Assembly: GCF_044704955.1 (NCBI RefSeq)
Contig: NC_091989.1
Coordinates: 46,500,001-46,564,000, forward strand
Direction: 5' to 3'
DNA length: 64,000 nt
Source: Pristiophorus japonicus
Taxonomy: Eukaryota
Below the pieces are notes generated by a model that saw nothing but the letters and a program-made list of their open reading frames with translations, did no database searches and was not told the origin of the DNA. Position numbers and translations under genes: made by a program. This document shows, piece by piece, positions 12,318 through 24,900 of this stretch. Position 1 is the stretch's first letter. Every line of letters starts with the position of its first letter.

Positions 12318-13735
12318 AGTGGATGCATTGGTGGTCATTTTCCAACATTCTATAGACTCTGGATAAGTTCCTATAGACTGGAGGGTAGCTAATGTAACCC
12401 CACTTTTTAAAAAAGGAGGGAGAGAGAAAATAGGGAATTATAGACCGGTCAACCTGACATCGGTGGTGAGGAAAATGTTGGAATCAATTATTAAAGATGT
12501 AATAGCAGCGCATTTGGAAAGCAGTGACAGGATCGGACCAAGTCGGCATGGATTTCATGCTTGACAAATCTTCTCGAATTTTTTGAGAATGTAACTAGTA
12601 GAGTGGACAGGGGGAGCCAGTGGATGTGGTGTATTTAGACTTTCAAAAGGTTTTTGACAAGGTCCCACATAAGAGATTAGTGTGCAAAATTAAAACACAT
12701 GGTATTGGGGGTAATGTATTGGCGTGGATAGAGAACTGGTTGGCAGACAGGAAGCAAAGAGTAGGAATAAACGGGTCCTTTTCAGAATGGCAGGCAGTGA
12801 CAAGTGGGGTACCGCAAGGTTCAGTGCTGGGACCCCAGATATTTACAATATACATTAATGATGTAGACGAAGGAATTGAATGTAATATCTACAAGTTTGC
12901 AGATGACACTAAGCTGTTAGGCGGATGCCAAGAGGCTGCAGTGTGACTTGGACACGTTAGGTGCATGGGCAAATACATAGCAGATGCAGTAAAATGTAGA
13001 TAAATGTGAGGTTATCCACTTTGGTGGCAAAAACAGGAAGGCAGATTATCTGAATGGTGACAGATTAGGAAAAGGGGAGGTGCAACGAGACCTGGGTGTC
13101 ATGGTACATCAGTCATTGAAAGTTGGCATGCAGGTACAGCAGACGGTGAAGGCGGCAAATGGCATGTTGGCCTTCATAGCAAGAGGAACTGAGTATAGGA
13201 GCAGGGAGGTCTTACTGCAGTTGTCCAGGGCCTTGGTGAGGCCTCACCTGGAATATTGTGTTCAGTTTTGGTCTCATAATCTGAGGCAAGACTGAATAAA
13301 GGTTGGATCGACTCAGCTTATAGTCACTGGGATTTAGAAGAATGGGAGGGGATCTCATAAAAACATAAAATTCTGACAGGATTGGACAGGTTAGATGCAG
13401 GAAGAATGTTCCCGATTTTGGGGAAGTCCAGAACCAGGGGTCACAGTCTAAGGATAAGGGGTAAGCCATTTAGGACCGAGATGAGGAGAAACTTCTTCAC
13501 TCAAGAGAATTGCGAACCTGTGGAATTTTCGACCACAGAAAATTGTTGAGGCCAGTTCGTTAGATATATTCAAAATGGAGTTAGATGTGGCCCTTACAGC
13601 TAAGGGGATCAAGGGGTATGGAGAGAAAGCAGGAATGGGGCACTGAAGTTGCATGATCAGCCATGATCATATTGAATGGTGGTGCAGGCTCGGAGGACCG
13701 AATGGCCTAGTCCAGCACCTATTTTCTATGTTTCT
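12318..13735 (+). mobile_element. 5'-truncated degenerate CR1 LINE
   Basis: Encodes [22 protein letters not shown] and KFADDTK motifs with stops and frameshifts; ends in a ttctatgtttc tail. Related to the 19282 and 60897 copies. Confidence 0.93.
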
Positions 13736-14014
13736 CATCTTTCTGATAAAAACCAGGAGGAAGTTGAAACTCTAAGATGTGATATTTAAGAAGTTACTAA
13801 AGGACTGAAAAGCACGCCTGTCAATACCTTCCATAGAGTTACTCATATAGTATAAAACGCAATTATCTCTCATGACAAATGGATGAGAAAATATGACAGA
13901 CAGTAGAATGGACACTCTTGAATTAAAATAATACTGGTTTTCTGACCACTGCTGTTCCCTCCCCAGGACCACCACCCCATCCGCCAGTCCCACCACCTCC
14001 GCCACCACCTACTA

Positions 14015-14355
14015 CAGGTTAAACCTCCCTTATCTGGAACCCTCAGGACCTGGCTTGTTCTGGATAAGGGATTTTTCTGGACGAGGGGTGATCACATTAA
14101 ATTGGATGGTACAGGTATTGAGCAAGGGGATATCGGGGCTGGCTGGCTTGGGGCTTGGGGCTTGGAGTGCGGCAGGGAGATAATGGGGGCAGTGGATCGC
14201 GGGGTCAGGTCAGCGATTGTGGGAGTCGGCAGCGAGAAAGGACTTCAATTTATTCATGTCGGAGTTCTGCGCGTACGCCACCCGGTGGCCGGGAATGGTT
14301 CCGTATGAGGGGTGGTTCCGGATTAGGGAGTTCCGGATAAGGGAGGTTCAACCTG
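14015..14355. mobile_element. Tc1/mariner (Tigger/pogo-type) MITE
   Basis: TIRs of about 26 bp (CAGGTTAAACCTCCCTTATCTGGAAC / GTTCCGGATAAGGGAGGTTCAACCTG) with TA on both sides. Confidence 0.85.
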
Positions 14356-14594
14356 TAAAACCAAAACAATGTTACAAAGTCTATTTTTAATCGCAATTAT
14401 CACAAATTAGAAATTGCATATTAAGTTCAATTGTTTTATGTTTTCTATAGCATCATCCAAAACAGGAAAACTACTGCGAAAGATGGTTTTATACTTCATT
14501 TCCAATGCATTTATTCAAGAAAACAAAATATTGAGAATTCATGACATATTCAACTATTGGTTGCATTTGTATTGTACACCAAAGAACATTTTGA

Positions 14595-15062
14595 CCATTG
14601 TATTTGCAGGGGCAAGGCCATGGAAGGAGTTGAACACAAGGATGAGAACTTTAAAATTGTGGTGTTGCTGGACCAAGCGCAAATGTAGGTCAGAGCATGG
14701 GGTGATGGGTGAAAGGAACTTGGTGCAACATAGGATATGGCAGAAAGTTTTGGTTAAGATTCAGTTTAGAGGGTGGACTGTAGGAGGTTGGCTAATGAGG
14801 TTGGAATAGTCGAGTTTGGAGGTAACAAAGCCATAGATGAAGGTTTCAGCAGCAGATGGGCTGAGGCAGGGTCAGAGACGGACAATTTTACACAACTGGA
14901 TGCAAGCTGTCTTGGTGATCGGGAGGATATGGAGTCAGAAACTTTGCTTGGGGTCAAATAGGCTGCGAACCGTCTGGTTCAGCATCAGACAATGGCCAGG
15001 GAAGAGGGTTAAATTGGTGGCTAGAGAACAAAGGCAGTGACTGATCTTCCCAATATTTAATT
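14595..15062 (-). mobile_element. Degraded L2-like RT fragment
   Basis: Minus-strand remnant peptide HLLLKPSSMALLPPNST; similar to the plus-strand fragment at 32750-33540. Confidence 0.5.
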
Positions 15063-15589
15063 CATGCAATATGAACACAATTTCTCATCATGTAATATGA
15101 TATTCTATGATTCAAATTTGAGGATGGAGTAGTAAAAATAATTTTACAATGATATTTATTTAATTATTCTGATAACTGAACATGCAAATAATATCCTTTC
15201 ACCATAATTAGGTCCAAATTGTGCCTGAAGGAAATATTATTGCACCACTTAAGAAATAAAGCATATTCTCTATGTGCCAAAAATATTAGTTTTGCTCCAG
15301 AAGGTAACTCACTGGCAAGATTGATCAGCGTTGTACAAAGTTTCGGGAAGGAGCCAGCAACAAGAAAACTGTTCAGTTGTCCAATACATTGGCAGCAAAA
15401 TGTAGAATTGGATTGCATTGACATTTAGAGCATGCAATGGCATCATCAATGAATGTAATTGGGCTTGTTCTCATTTAGAAACTCAGACTCAAGTCAGATA
15501 TATACTCAATCACTCACGGCCATAACAATGAAGGGATGTCCATTAGCCAATGTGTAAAAAAGGAAAAGAACTGAAAGGAAAGTTATCAA

Positions 15590-17135
15590 TAAAGCAAGCT
15601 CGAAGAACAGCACCTCATCTTTCATTTAAGCACTTTGGGCCCAAGTTTCCACACGATAAAAAACGGGCGCCCCTCCGAGCTGGGCGCCCGTTTTTCGCGC
15701 CTAAAACGGCACCGGAAAAAAAACGCGCGATTCTGAAGCGCCCAGCAGCTCCTTGTCTGTTTGGCGCGGCGCCCAGGGGGGGGCGGAGCCTACACTCGCG
15801 CCGATTTTGTAAGTGGGAAGGGGCGGGTACCATTTAAATTAGTTTTTTTCCTGCCGGCAACGCTGCGCGTGCGCGTTGAAGCGTTCGCGCACGCGCAGTG
15901 TGAAGGAAATATTGGCACTCGGCCATTTTTGTAGTTCTTTGCAGCTGTTTAATTTTTGAACATTTTTTAATAAAAGCACATTGCCATCAGCACTGAGAAG
16001 GCTGCAGGAAGCCTCAGAAAGTTGAGGCAGCCGTTTCCCTCCCCCTCCCCGCCCGCCGTCGGGAACGAACGGCTTTCTCCTCCCCCCCCCCCCCCCCGCG
16101 GGAACGAGCGGCTTTCTCCTCCCCCCCCCCCCCCCCCGCGGGAACGAGCGGCTTTCTCCTCCCCCCCCCCCCCCCCGCGGGAACGAATGGCTTTCTCCTC
16201 CCCCCCCCCCCCCCCGCGGGAACGAACGCCTGCAGCATTCTCCCTGGCTGAAGCACTTTCACACAGGTAGGAAGATGGTTTATTTAATCTTTTCTTTGCT
16301 TATAAATGTTTATTCAGGTTGGATTTATTTGTATAATATTTGTAGAAGTATAAATAAGGATTTATTATAGAATTTAATGACTTCCCTTCCCCCCCCACCC
16401 CCCCCCCCACCTCGTTCTGGACGCCTAATTTGTAACCTGCGCCTGATTTTTTAATGTGTAGACAAGGTTTTTTCAGTTCTACAAAAATCTTCACTTGCTC
16501 CATTCTAACTTAGTTTGGAGTACGTTTTTCCTGTGGAAACTTTGAAATCAGGCGTCAGTGGCCGGACACGCCCCCTCTTGAAGAAAAAATTCTGTTCCAA
16601 AGTGGAACTGTTCTACCTGACTAGAACTGCAGAAAAAAAAATGTGGAGAATTGCGATTTCTAAGATAGTCCGTTCTCCACCAGTTGCTCCTAAAAATCAG
16701 GCGCAAATCATGTGGAAACTTGGGCCCTTTATTGCCTTCTGGACTCAACATCGAGTTCAACAATTTCAGTCTATAACCTCTGCCCATATTTGACTCCCTT
16801 CCCTCCTTTTTTTCTGTAAAACTCCCCCCCTGCTCCCCCAACCCCCACTATGTAATTTTGTTCTCTGTCTCCCATGGTAGCTGGTAATTATTCTGCCATT
16901 CACACCCGATCAAGACTAAACTTTTGTCTCTCTAATCTCTCCTATCTTCCACCCTTTCACAGACCTTCCTTTTTGTTCTATCTTCCCCTCCCCCTTTCAG
17001 TGCTCCTTAAGAATCTGTTCATTTCAAACATTCGACAGTTGTGATAAAGGGTCAACCACCTGAAATGTTAACTCTGTTTTTCTCTCCTGGCCCGCTGAGA
17101 TTTCAAGCATTTTCTGTTTTTATTTCAGATTCCAG
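15590..17135 (+). mobile_element. Penelope-like element 3' remnant (GIY-YIG C-terminus plus terminal repeat), interrupted by a MITE
   Basis: Removing the MITE joins KLEEQHLIFHLSTL (15595-15636) to LPSGLNIEFNNF (16732-16768), the typical end of the Penelope endonuclease. A pyrimidine-rich UTR and an HHR-like motif follow. Confidence 0.7.
15637..16727 (+). mobile_element. Harbinger MITE copy 1 (GGGCCCAAGTTTCCAC family)
   Basis: TIRs of about 21 bp (GGGCCCAAGTTTCCACACGAT / ATCATGTGGAAACTTGGGCCC) with TSD TTT. Contains an internal poly-C minisatellite. Confidence 0.92.
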
Positions 17136-17397
17136 TATTTTATAAGAACATAAGAATTAGGAACAGGAGTAGGCCATCTAGCCCCTCGAGCCTGCTCCGC
17201 CATTCAACAAGATCATGGCTGATCTGGCCGTGGACTCAGCTCCACTTACCCGCCCGATCCCCATTGTAAAGGGACGTAGGTAGACTAAGTGCGCAGAACC
17301 ATGGCGGAGGGAGTTCAATGTCGGGAAGTAAGAGGTCATCGACTTTGGATCTGAGAAAGACCAATCGGAATTTCTTCTTTAAACAGTGAGAGACTAT

Positions 17398-18896
17398 GGG
17401 CCCAAGTTTCCACATGATAAAAAACGGGCGCCCCTCCGAGCTGGGCGCCCGTTTTTCGCGCCTAAAATGGCGCCGGAAAAAAAGCTCGCGATTCTGGAGG
17501 ATTCTGGAGCATTCTGCAGCTCCTTGTCTGCTTGGCGCGGCGCCCAGGGGGGCGGAGCCTACACTCGCGCCGATTTTGTAAGTGGGAGGGGGCGGATACT
17601 ATTTAAATTAGTTTTTTCCTGCCGGCAACGCTGCACATGCGCGTTGGAGCGTTCGCGCATGCTCAGTGTGAAAAAAACATTGGCACTCGGCCATTTTTGT
17701 CGTTCTTTGTAGCTGTTTAGTTTTTGAACATTTTTTAATAAAAGTACATTGCCATCAGCACAGAGGCTTCTTGTAGCAGTGAGAAGGGTGAAGGAAGCCT
17801 CAAAGTTGAGGCAGCCGTTTCCCGACGACCTCCCCCTTTTGCCGTCGGGAAATGGCTCCTCAATTTCTGAGGCTTCCTGCAGCCTTCTCGCTTTCCCGCC
17901 AGCCGTCTGGAACGGCTCCATTCCCACCCCCCCACCCCCCGCGTTCGGTCGGCTCCTTCCCTTCCCGCCCCGCGTTCGGTAGGCTCCCTCCCTCCCGCCT
18001 GTGTTCGGTAGGCTCCCTCCCTCCCGCCCGCGTTCGGTCAGCTCCCCCCCCCAACCCGCGTTCAGTCGGCTCCTCCCCACCCCGCGTTCGGTCGGCTCCC
18101 TCCCCTCCCCCCCCCCACCCCGCGTTCGGTCGGCTCCCTTCCCTCCCCCCCCCCACCCCCCACCCCGCGTTCGGTCGGCTCCCTTCCCTCCCCCCCCACC
18201 CCCGCGTTCGGTAGGTTCCCACCCGTGTTCGGTCGGCTCCCTCCCGCCCGCGTTCGGTTGGCTCTCTCCCTCCCGCATTGGTCGGCTCCCTTCCCTTCCC
18301 TCTCCTCCTCTCTCCCCCCCCCACCTCCCCCGTTCGTCGGCTCCCTCTCTTTCTCCCCCCCCCGCCCCCCACCCCGCGTTCGGTCGGCTCCCTCGTTTTG
18401 TGAGGCTTGCTGCAGAATTCTTCCTGGCTGAAGCACTTTCACACAGGTAGGAAGATGGTTTATTTAATCTTTTCTTTGCTTATAAATGTTTATTCAGGTT
18501 GGATTTATTTGTATAAGTATAAATAAGGATTGATTGTAGAATTTAATGAGTTCCCTTCCCCCTCCCCCTCTCCCCCCACCTCGTTCTGGACGCCTGATTT
18601 GTAACCTGCGCCTGATTTTTTAATGTGTAGAACAGGTTTTTTCAGTTCTACAAAAATCTTCACTTGCTCCATTCTACTTTAGTTTGGAGTACATTTTCAC
18701 TGTGGAAACTTTCAAATCAGGCGTCAGTGGCCGGACACGCCCCCTTTTGAAGAAAAAATTCTGTTCCAAAGTAGAACTGTTCTACCTGACTAGAACTGCA
18801 GAAAAGAAAATGTGGAGAATTGCGATTTCTAAGATAGTCCGTTCTCCACCAGTTGCTCCTAAAAATCAGGCGCAAATCATGTGGAAACTTGGGCCC
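17398..18896 (+). mobile_element. Harbinger MITE copy 2 (chimeric; non-matching flanks)
   Basis: Same TIRs as copy 1, but the flanking triplets TAT/TTT do not match. The left flank is the inverted flank of copy 3 and the right flank is that of copy 1. Confidence 0.92.
17930..18395 (+). repeat. GC-rich minisatellite (unit about 25-35 bp: CCCCGCGTTCGGTCGGCTCCCTTCCCT + poly-C) within MITE
   Basis: More than ten visible units. The inverted counterpart is at 44125-44665. Confidence 0.9.
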
Positions 18897-19282
18897 TTTA
18901 TTGCCTTCTGGACTCAACATCGTGTTCAACAATTTCAGTCCATAACCTCTGCCCATATTTGACTCCCTTCCCTCCTTTTTTTCTGTAAAACTCCCCCCCT
19001 GCTCCCCCAACCCCCACTATGTAATTTTGTTCTCTGTCTCCCATGGTAGCTGGTAATTATTCCACCATTCACACCCGATCAAGACTAAACTTTTGTCTCT
19101 CTAATCTCTCCTATCTTCCACCCTTTCACAGACCATCCTTTTTGTTCTATCTTCCCCTCCCCCTTTCAGTGCTCCTTAAGAATCTGTTCATTTCAAACAT
19201 TCGACAGTTGTGATAAAGGGTCATCAACCTGAAATGTTAACTCTGTTTTTCTCTCCTGGCCGGCTGAGATTTCCAGCATTTT
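18897..19282 (+). repeat. Direct duplicate of 16728-17113 (continues at 21933-22085 as a duplicate of 17110-17262)
   Basis: Near-identical sequence with scattered substitutions, e.g. catcgagttc vs catcgtgttc and tctgccatt vs tccaccatt. Confidence 0.93.
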
Positions 19283-21932
19283 AGAAACATAGAAACATAG
19301 AAAATAGGTGCAGGAGCAGGCCATTCAGCCCTTCTAGCCTGCACCGCCATTCAATGAGTTCATGGCTGAACATGAAACTTCAGTACCCCCTTCCTGCTTT
19401 CTCGCCATAACCCTTGATCCCCCGAGTAGTAAGGACTTCATCTAACTCCCTTTTGAATATATTTAGTGAATTGGCCTCAACTACTTTCTGTGGTAGAGAA
19501 TTCCACAGGTTCACCACTCTCTGGGTGAAGAAGTTTCTCCTCATCTCGGTCCTAAATGGCTTACCCCTTATCCTCAGACTGTGACCCCTGGTTCTGGACT
19601 TCCCCAACATTGGGAACATTCTTTCTGCATCTAACCTGTCTAAACCCGTCAGAATTTTAAACGTTTCTATGAGGTCCCCTCTCATTCTTCTGAACTCCAG
19701 TGAATACAAGCCCAATTGATCCAATCTTTCTTGATAGGTCAGTCCCGCCATCCCGGGAATCAGTCTGGTGAACCTTCGCTGCACTCCCTCAATAGCAAGA
19801 ATGTCCTTCCTCAAGTTAGGAGACCAAAACTGTACACAATACTCCAGGTGTGGCCTCACCAAGGCCCTGTACAACTGTAGCAACACCTCCCTGCCCCTGT
19901 ATTCAAATCCCCTCGCTATGAAGGCCAACATGCCATTTGCTTTCTTAACCGCCTGCTGTACCTGCATGCCAACCTTCAATGACTGATGTACCATGACACC
20001 CAGGTCTCGTTGCACCTTCCCTTTTCCTAATCTGTCACCATTCAGATAATAGTCTGTCTCTCTGTTTTTACCACCAAAGTGGATAACCTCACATTTATCC
20101 ACATTATACTTCATCTGCCATGCATTTGCCCACTCACCTAACCTATCCAAGTCACTCTGCAGCCTAATAGCATCCTCCTCGCAGCTCACACTGCCACCCA
20201 ACTTAGTATCATCCGCAAATTTGGAGATACTGCATTTAATCCCCTCGTCTAAATCATTAATGTACAATGTAAACAGCTGGGGCCCCAGCACAGAACCTTG
20301 CGGCACTCCACTAGTCACTGCCTGCCATTCTGAAAAGTACCCGTTTACTCCTACTCTTTGCTTCCTGTCTGACAACCAGTTCTCAATCCACGTCAGCACA
20401 CTACCCCCAATCCCATGTGCTTTAACTTTGCACATTAATCTCTTGTGTGGGACCTTGTCGAAAGCCTTCTGAAAGTCCAAATATACCACATCAACTGGTT
20501 CTCCTTTGTCCACTTTACTGGAAACATCCTCAAAAAATTCCAGAAGATTTGTCAAGCATGATTTCCCTTTCACAAATCCATGCTGACTTGGACCTATCAT
20601 GTCACCATTTTCCAGATGCACTGCTATGACATCCTTAATAATTGATTCCATCATTTTACCCACTACTGAGGTCAGGCTGACCGGTCTATAATTCCCTGTT
20701 TTCTCTCTCCCTCCTTTTTTAAAAAGTGGGGTTACATTGGCTACCCTCCACTCCATAGGAACTGATCCAGAGTCAATGGAATGTTGGAAAATGACTGTCA
20801 ATGCATCCGCTATTTCCAAGGCCACCTCCTTAAGTACTCTAGGATGCAGGCCATCAGGCCCTGGGGATTTATCTGCCTTCAATCCCATCAATTTCCCCAA
20901 CACAATTTCCCGACTAATAAAGATTTCCCTCAGTTCCTCTTCCTTACTAGACCCTCTGACCCCTTTTATATCCGGAAGGTTGTTTGTATCCTCCTTAGTG
21001 AATACCGAACCAAAGTACTTGTTCAATTGATCCGCCATTTCTTTGTTCCCCGTTATGACTTCCCCTGATTCTGACTGCAGGGGACCTACGTTTGTCTTCA
21101 CCAACCTTTTTCTCTTTACATACCTATAGAAACTTTTGCAATCCGCCTTAATGTTCCCTGCAAGCTTCTTCTCGTACTCCATTTTCCCTGTCCTAATCAA
21201 ACCCTTTGTCCTCCTCTGCTGAGTTCTAAATTTCTCCCAGTCCCCAGGTTCGCTGCTATTTCTGGCCAATTTGTATGCCACTTCCTTGGCTTTAATACTA
21301 TCCCTGATTTCCCTAGATAGCCACGGTTGAGCCACCTTCCCCTTTTTATTTTTACGCCAGACAGGAATGTACAATTGTTGTACTTCATCCATGCGGTCTC
21401 TAAATGTCTGCCATTGCCCATCCACAGTCAACCCCCTAAGTATCATTCGCCAATCTATCCTAGCCAATTCTCGCCTCATACCTTCAAAGTTACCCTTCTT
21501 TAAGTTCTGGACCATGGTCTCTGAATTTACTGTTTCATTCTCCATCCTAATGCAGAATTCCACCATATTATGGTCACTCTTCCCCAAGGGGCCTCGCACA
21601 ATGAGATTGCTAATTAATCCTCTCTCATTACACAACACCCAGTCTAAGATGGCCTCCCCCCTAGTTGGTTCCTCAACATATTGGTCTAGAAAACCATCCC
21701 TTATGCACTCCAGGAAATCCTCCTCCACCGTATTGCTTCCAGTTTGGCTAGCCCAATCTATGTGCATATTAAAGTCACCCATTATAACTGCTACACCTTT
21801 ATTGCATGCACCCCTAATTTCCTGTTTGATGCCCTCCCCAACATCCCTATTACTGTTTGGAGGTCTGTACACAACTCCTACTAACGTTTTTTGCCCTTTG
21901 GTGTTCTGCAGCTCTACCCATATAGATTCCAC
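19282..21932 (-). mobile_element. Young 5'-truncated CR1 LINE with an uninterrupted 850-aa ORF2 portion (partial AP endonuclease plus RT)
   Basis: ORF 19380-21932 has [25 protein letters not shown] and FADD motifs. The 3' tail is (TTTCTATG)n. Confidence 0.97.
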
Positions 21933-21964
21933 ATTTCTGTTTTTATTTCAAATTCCAGTATTTT

Positions 21965-24900
21965 ATAAGAACATAAGAATTAGGAACAGGAGTAGGCCAT
22001 CTAGCCCCTCGAGCCTGCTCCGCCATTCAACAAGATCATGGCTGATCTGGCCGTGGACTCAGCTCCACTTACCCGCCCGATCCCCGTAACCCTTAATTCC
22101 CTTATTGGTTAAAAATCTATCTATCCGTGACTTGAATACATTCAATGAGCTAGCCTCAACTGCTTCCTTGGGCAGAGAATTCCACAGATTCACAACCCTC
22201 TGGGAGAAGAAATTCCTTCTCAACTCGGTTTTAAATTGGCTCCCCCGTATTTTGAGGCTGTGCCCCCTAGTTCTAGTCTCCCTGACCAGTGGAAACAACC
22301 TCTCTGCCTCTATCTTGTCTATCCCTTTCATTATTTTAAATGTTTGTATAAGATCACCCCTCATCCTTCTGGACTCCAACGAGTAAAGACCCAGTCTACT
22401 CAATCTATCATCATAAGGTAACCCCCTCATCTCTGGAATCAGCCTAGTGAATCGTCTCTGTACCCCCTCCAAAGCTAGTATATCCTTCCTTAAGTAAGGT
22501 GACCAAAACTGCACACAGTACTCCAGGTGCGGCCTCGCCAATACCCTATACAGTTGCAGCAGGACCTCCCTGATTTTGTACTCCATCCCTCTCGCAATGA
22601 AGGCCAACATTCCATTCGCCTTCCTGATTACCTGCTGCACCTGCAAACTAACTTTTTGGGATTCATGCACAAGGACCCCCAGTTCCCTCTGCACCGCAGC
22701 ATGTTGTAATTTCTCCCCATTCAAATAATATTCCCTTTTACTAGTTTTTTTTCCCCAAGGTGGATGACCTCACACTTTCCGACATTGTATTCCATCTGCC
22801 AAACATTAGCCCATTCGCTTAACCTATCCAAATCTCTTTGCAGCCTCTCTGTGTCCTCTACACAACCCACTTTCCCACTAATCTTTGTGTCATCTGCAAA
22901 TTTTGTTACACTACACTCTGTCCCCTCTTCCAGGTCATCTATATATATTGTAAACAGTTGTGGTCCCAGCACCGATCCCTTTGGCACACCACTAACCACC
23001 GATTTCCAACCCGAAAAGGACCCATTTATCCCGACTCTCTGCTTTCTGTTAGCCAGCCAATTCTCTATCCATGCTAATACATTTCCTCTGACTCTGCAAA
23101 CCTTCATCTTCTGCAGTAACCTTTTGTGTGGCACCTTATCGAATGCCTTTTGGAAATCTAAATACACCATATCCATCGGTACACCTCTATCCACCATGCT
23201 CGTTATATCCTCAAAGAATTCCAGTAAATTAGTTAAACATGATTTCCCCTTCATGAATCCATGTTGCGTCTGCTTGATTGCACTATTCCTATCTAGATGT
23301 CCCGCTATTTCTTCCTTAATGATAGTCTCAAGCATTTTCCCCACTACAGATGTTAAACTAACCGGCCTATAGTTACCTGCCTTTTGTCTGCCCCCTTTTT
23401 TTAAACAGAGGCGTTACATTAGCTGCTTTCCAATCCGCTGGTAACTCCCCAGAGTCCAGAGAATTTTGGTAGATTGTAACTAATGCATCTGTATAACTTC
23501 TGCCATCTCTTTTAATACCCTGGGATGCATTTCATTAGGACCAGGGTACTTGTCTACCTTGAGTCCCATTAGCCTGTCTAGCACTACACCCCTAGTGCTA
23601 GTGATTGTCTCAAGGTCCTCCCTTCCCACATTCCTGTGACCAGCAATTTTTGGCATGGTTTTTGTGTCTTCCACTGTGAAGACCGAAACAAAATAATTGT
23701 TTAAGGTCGCAGCCATTTCCACATTTCCCATTATTAAATCCCCCTTCTCATCTTCTAAGGGACCAACATTTACTTTAGTTTTATATATCTGTAAAAGCTT
23801 TTCCGTTTTATATATCTGTAAAAGCTTTTACTATCTGTTTTTATGTTTTGTGCAAGTTTACCCTCATAATCTATCTTTCCTTTCTTTATTGCTTTCTTAG
23901 TCATTCTTTGCTGTCGTTTAAAATTTTCCCAATCTTCTAGTTTCCCACTAACTTTGGCCTCCTTATACGCATTGGTTTTTAATTTGATACTCTCCTTTAT
24001 TTCCTTGGTTATCCACGGCTGATTATCCCTTCTCTTACCGCCCTTCTTTTTCACTGGAATATATTTTTGTTGAGCACTGTGAAAGAGCTCCTTAAAAGTC
24101 CTCCACTGTTCCTCAATTGTGCCACCGTTTAGTCTGTGTTTCCAGTCTACTTTAGCCAACTCTGCCCTCATCCCACTGTAGTCCCCTTTGTTTAAGTATA
24201 GTACGCTCGTTTGAGACACTACTTCCTCACCCTCAATCTGTATTACAAATTCAACCATACTGTGATCACTCATTCCGAGAGGATCTTTTACTAGGAGATC
24301 GTTTATTATTCCTGTCTCATTACACAGGACCAGATCTAAGATAGCTTGCTCCCTTGTAGGTTCTGTAACATACTGTTCTAAGAAACAATCCCGTATGCAT
24401 TCTATGAATTCCTCCTCCAGGCTACCCCGTGCGATTTGATTTGACCAATCGATATGTAGGTTAAAATCCCCCATGACTACTGCCGTTCCTTTTTCACATG
24501 CCTCCATTATTCCCTTGATTATTACCCGCCCCACCGTGAAGTTATTATTTGGGGGCCTATAAACTACACCCACCAGTGACTTTTTCCCCTTACTATCTCT
24601 AATCTCCACCCACAATGATTCAACATTTTGTTCATTAGAGCCAATATCGTCTCTCACAACTGCCCTGATATCATCCTTTATTAACAGAACTACCCCACCT
24701 CCTTTCCCTTCTTGTCTATCTTTCCGAATCGTCAGATACCCCTGTATGTTTAATTCACAGTCTTGGCCACCCTGCAACCACGTTTCTGTAATGGCCACCA
24801 AATCATACCCATTTGTAATGATTTGTGCCGTCAACTCATTTACTTTATTTCGAATGCTGCGTACGTTTAGGTAGAGTGTTTTAATACTAGTTTTTAAACC

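Noticed and set aside
17930-18395. Repeat-spacer pattern superficially like a CRISPR array
   Set aside because: The 'spacers' are only poly-C length variants, the context is eukaryotic, and there are no cas genes.
17559-18450. Long Pro-, Gly- and Arg-rich ORFs on both strands (also 2628-3014, 16014-16270 and 44070-44981)
   Set aside because: They arise from stop-poor GC minisatellites inside MITEs. They are open in several frames at once and have no domain signature.
21367-23372. Plus-strand ORFs of 200-240 aa
   Set aside because: They are antisense shadows of CR1 ORF2.
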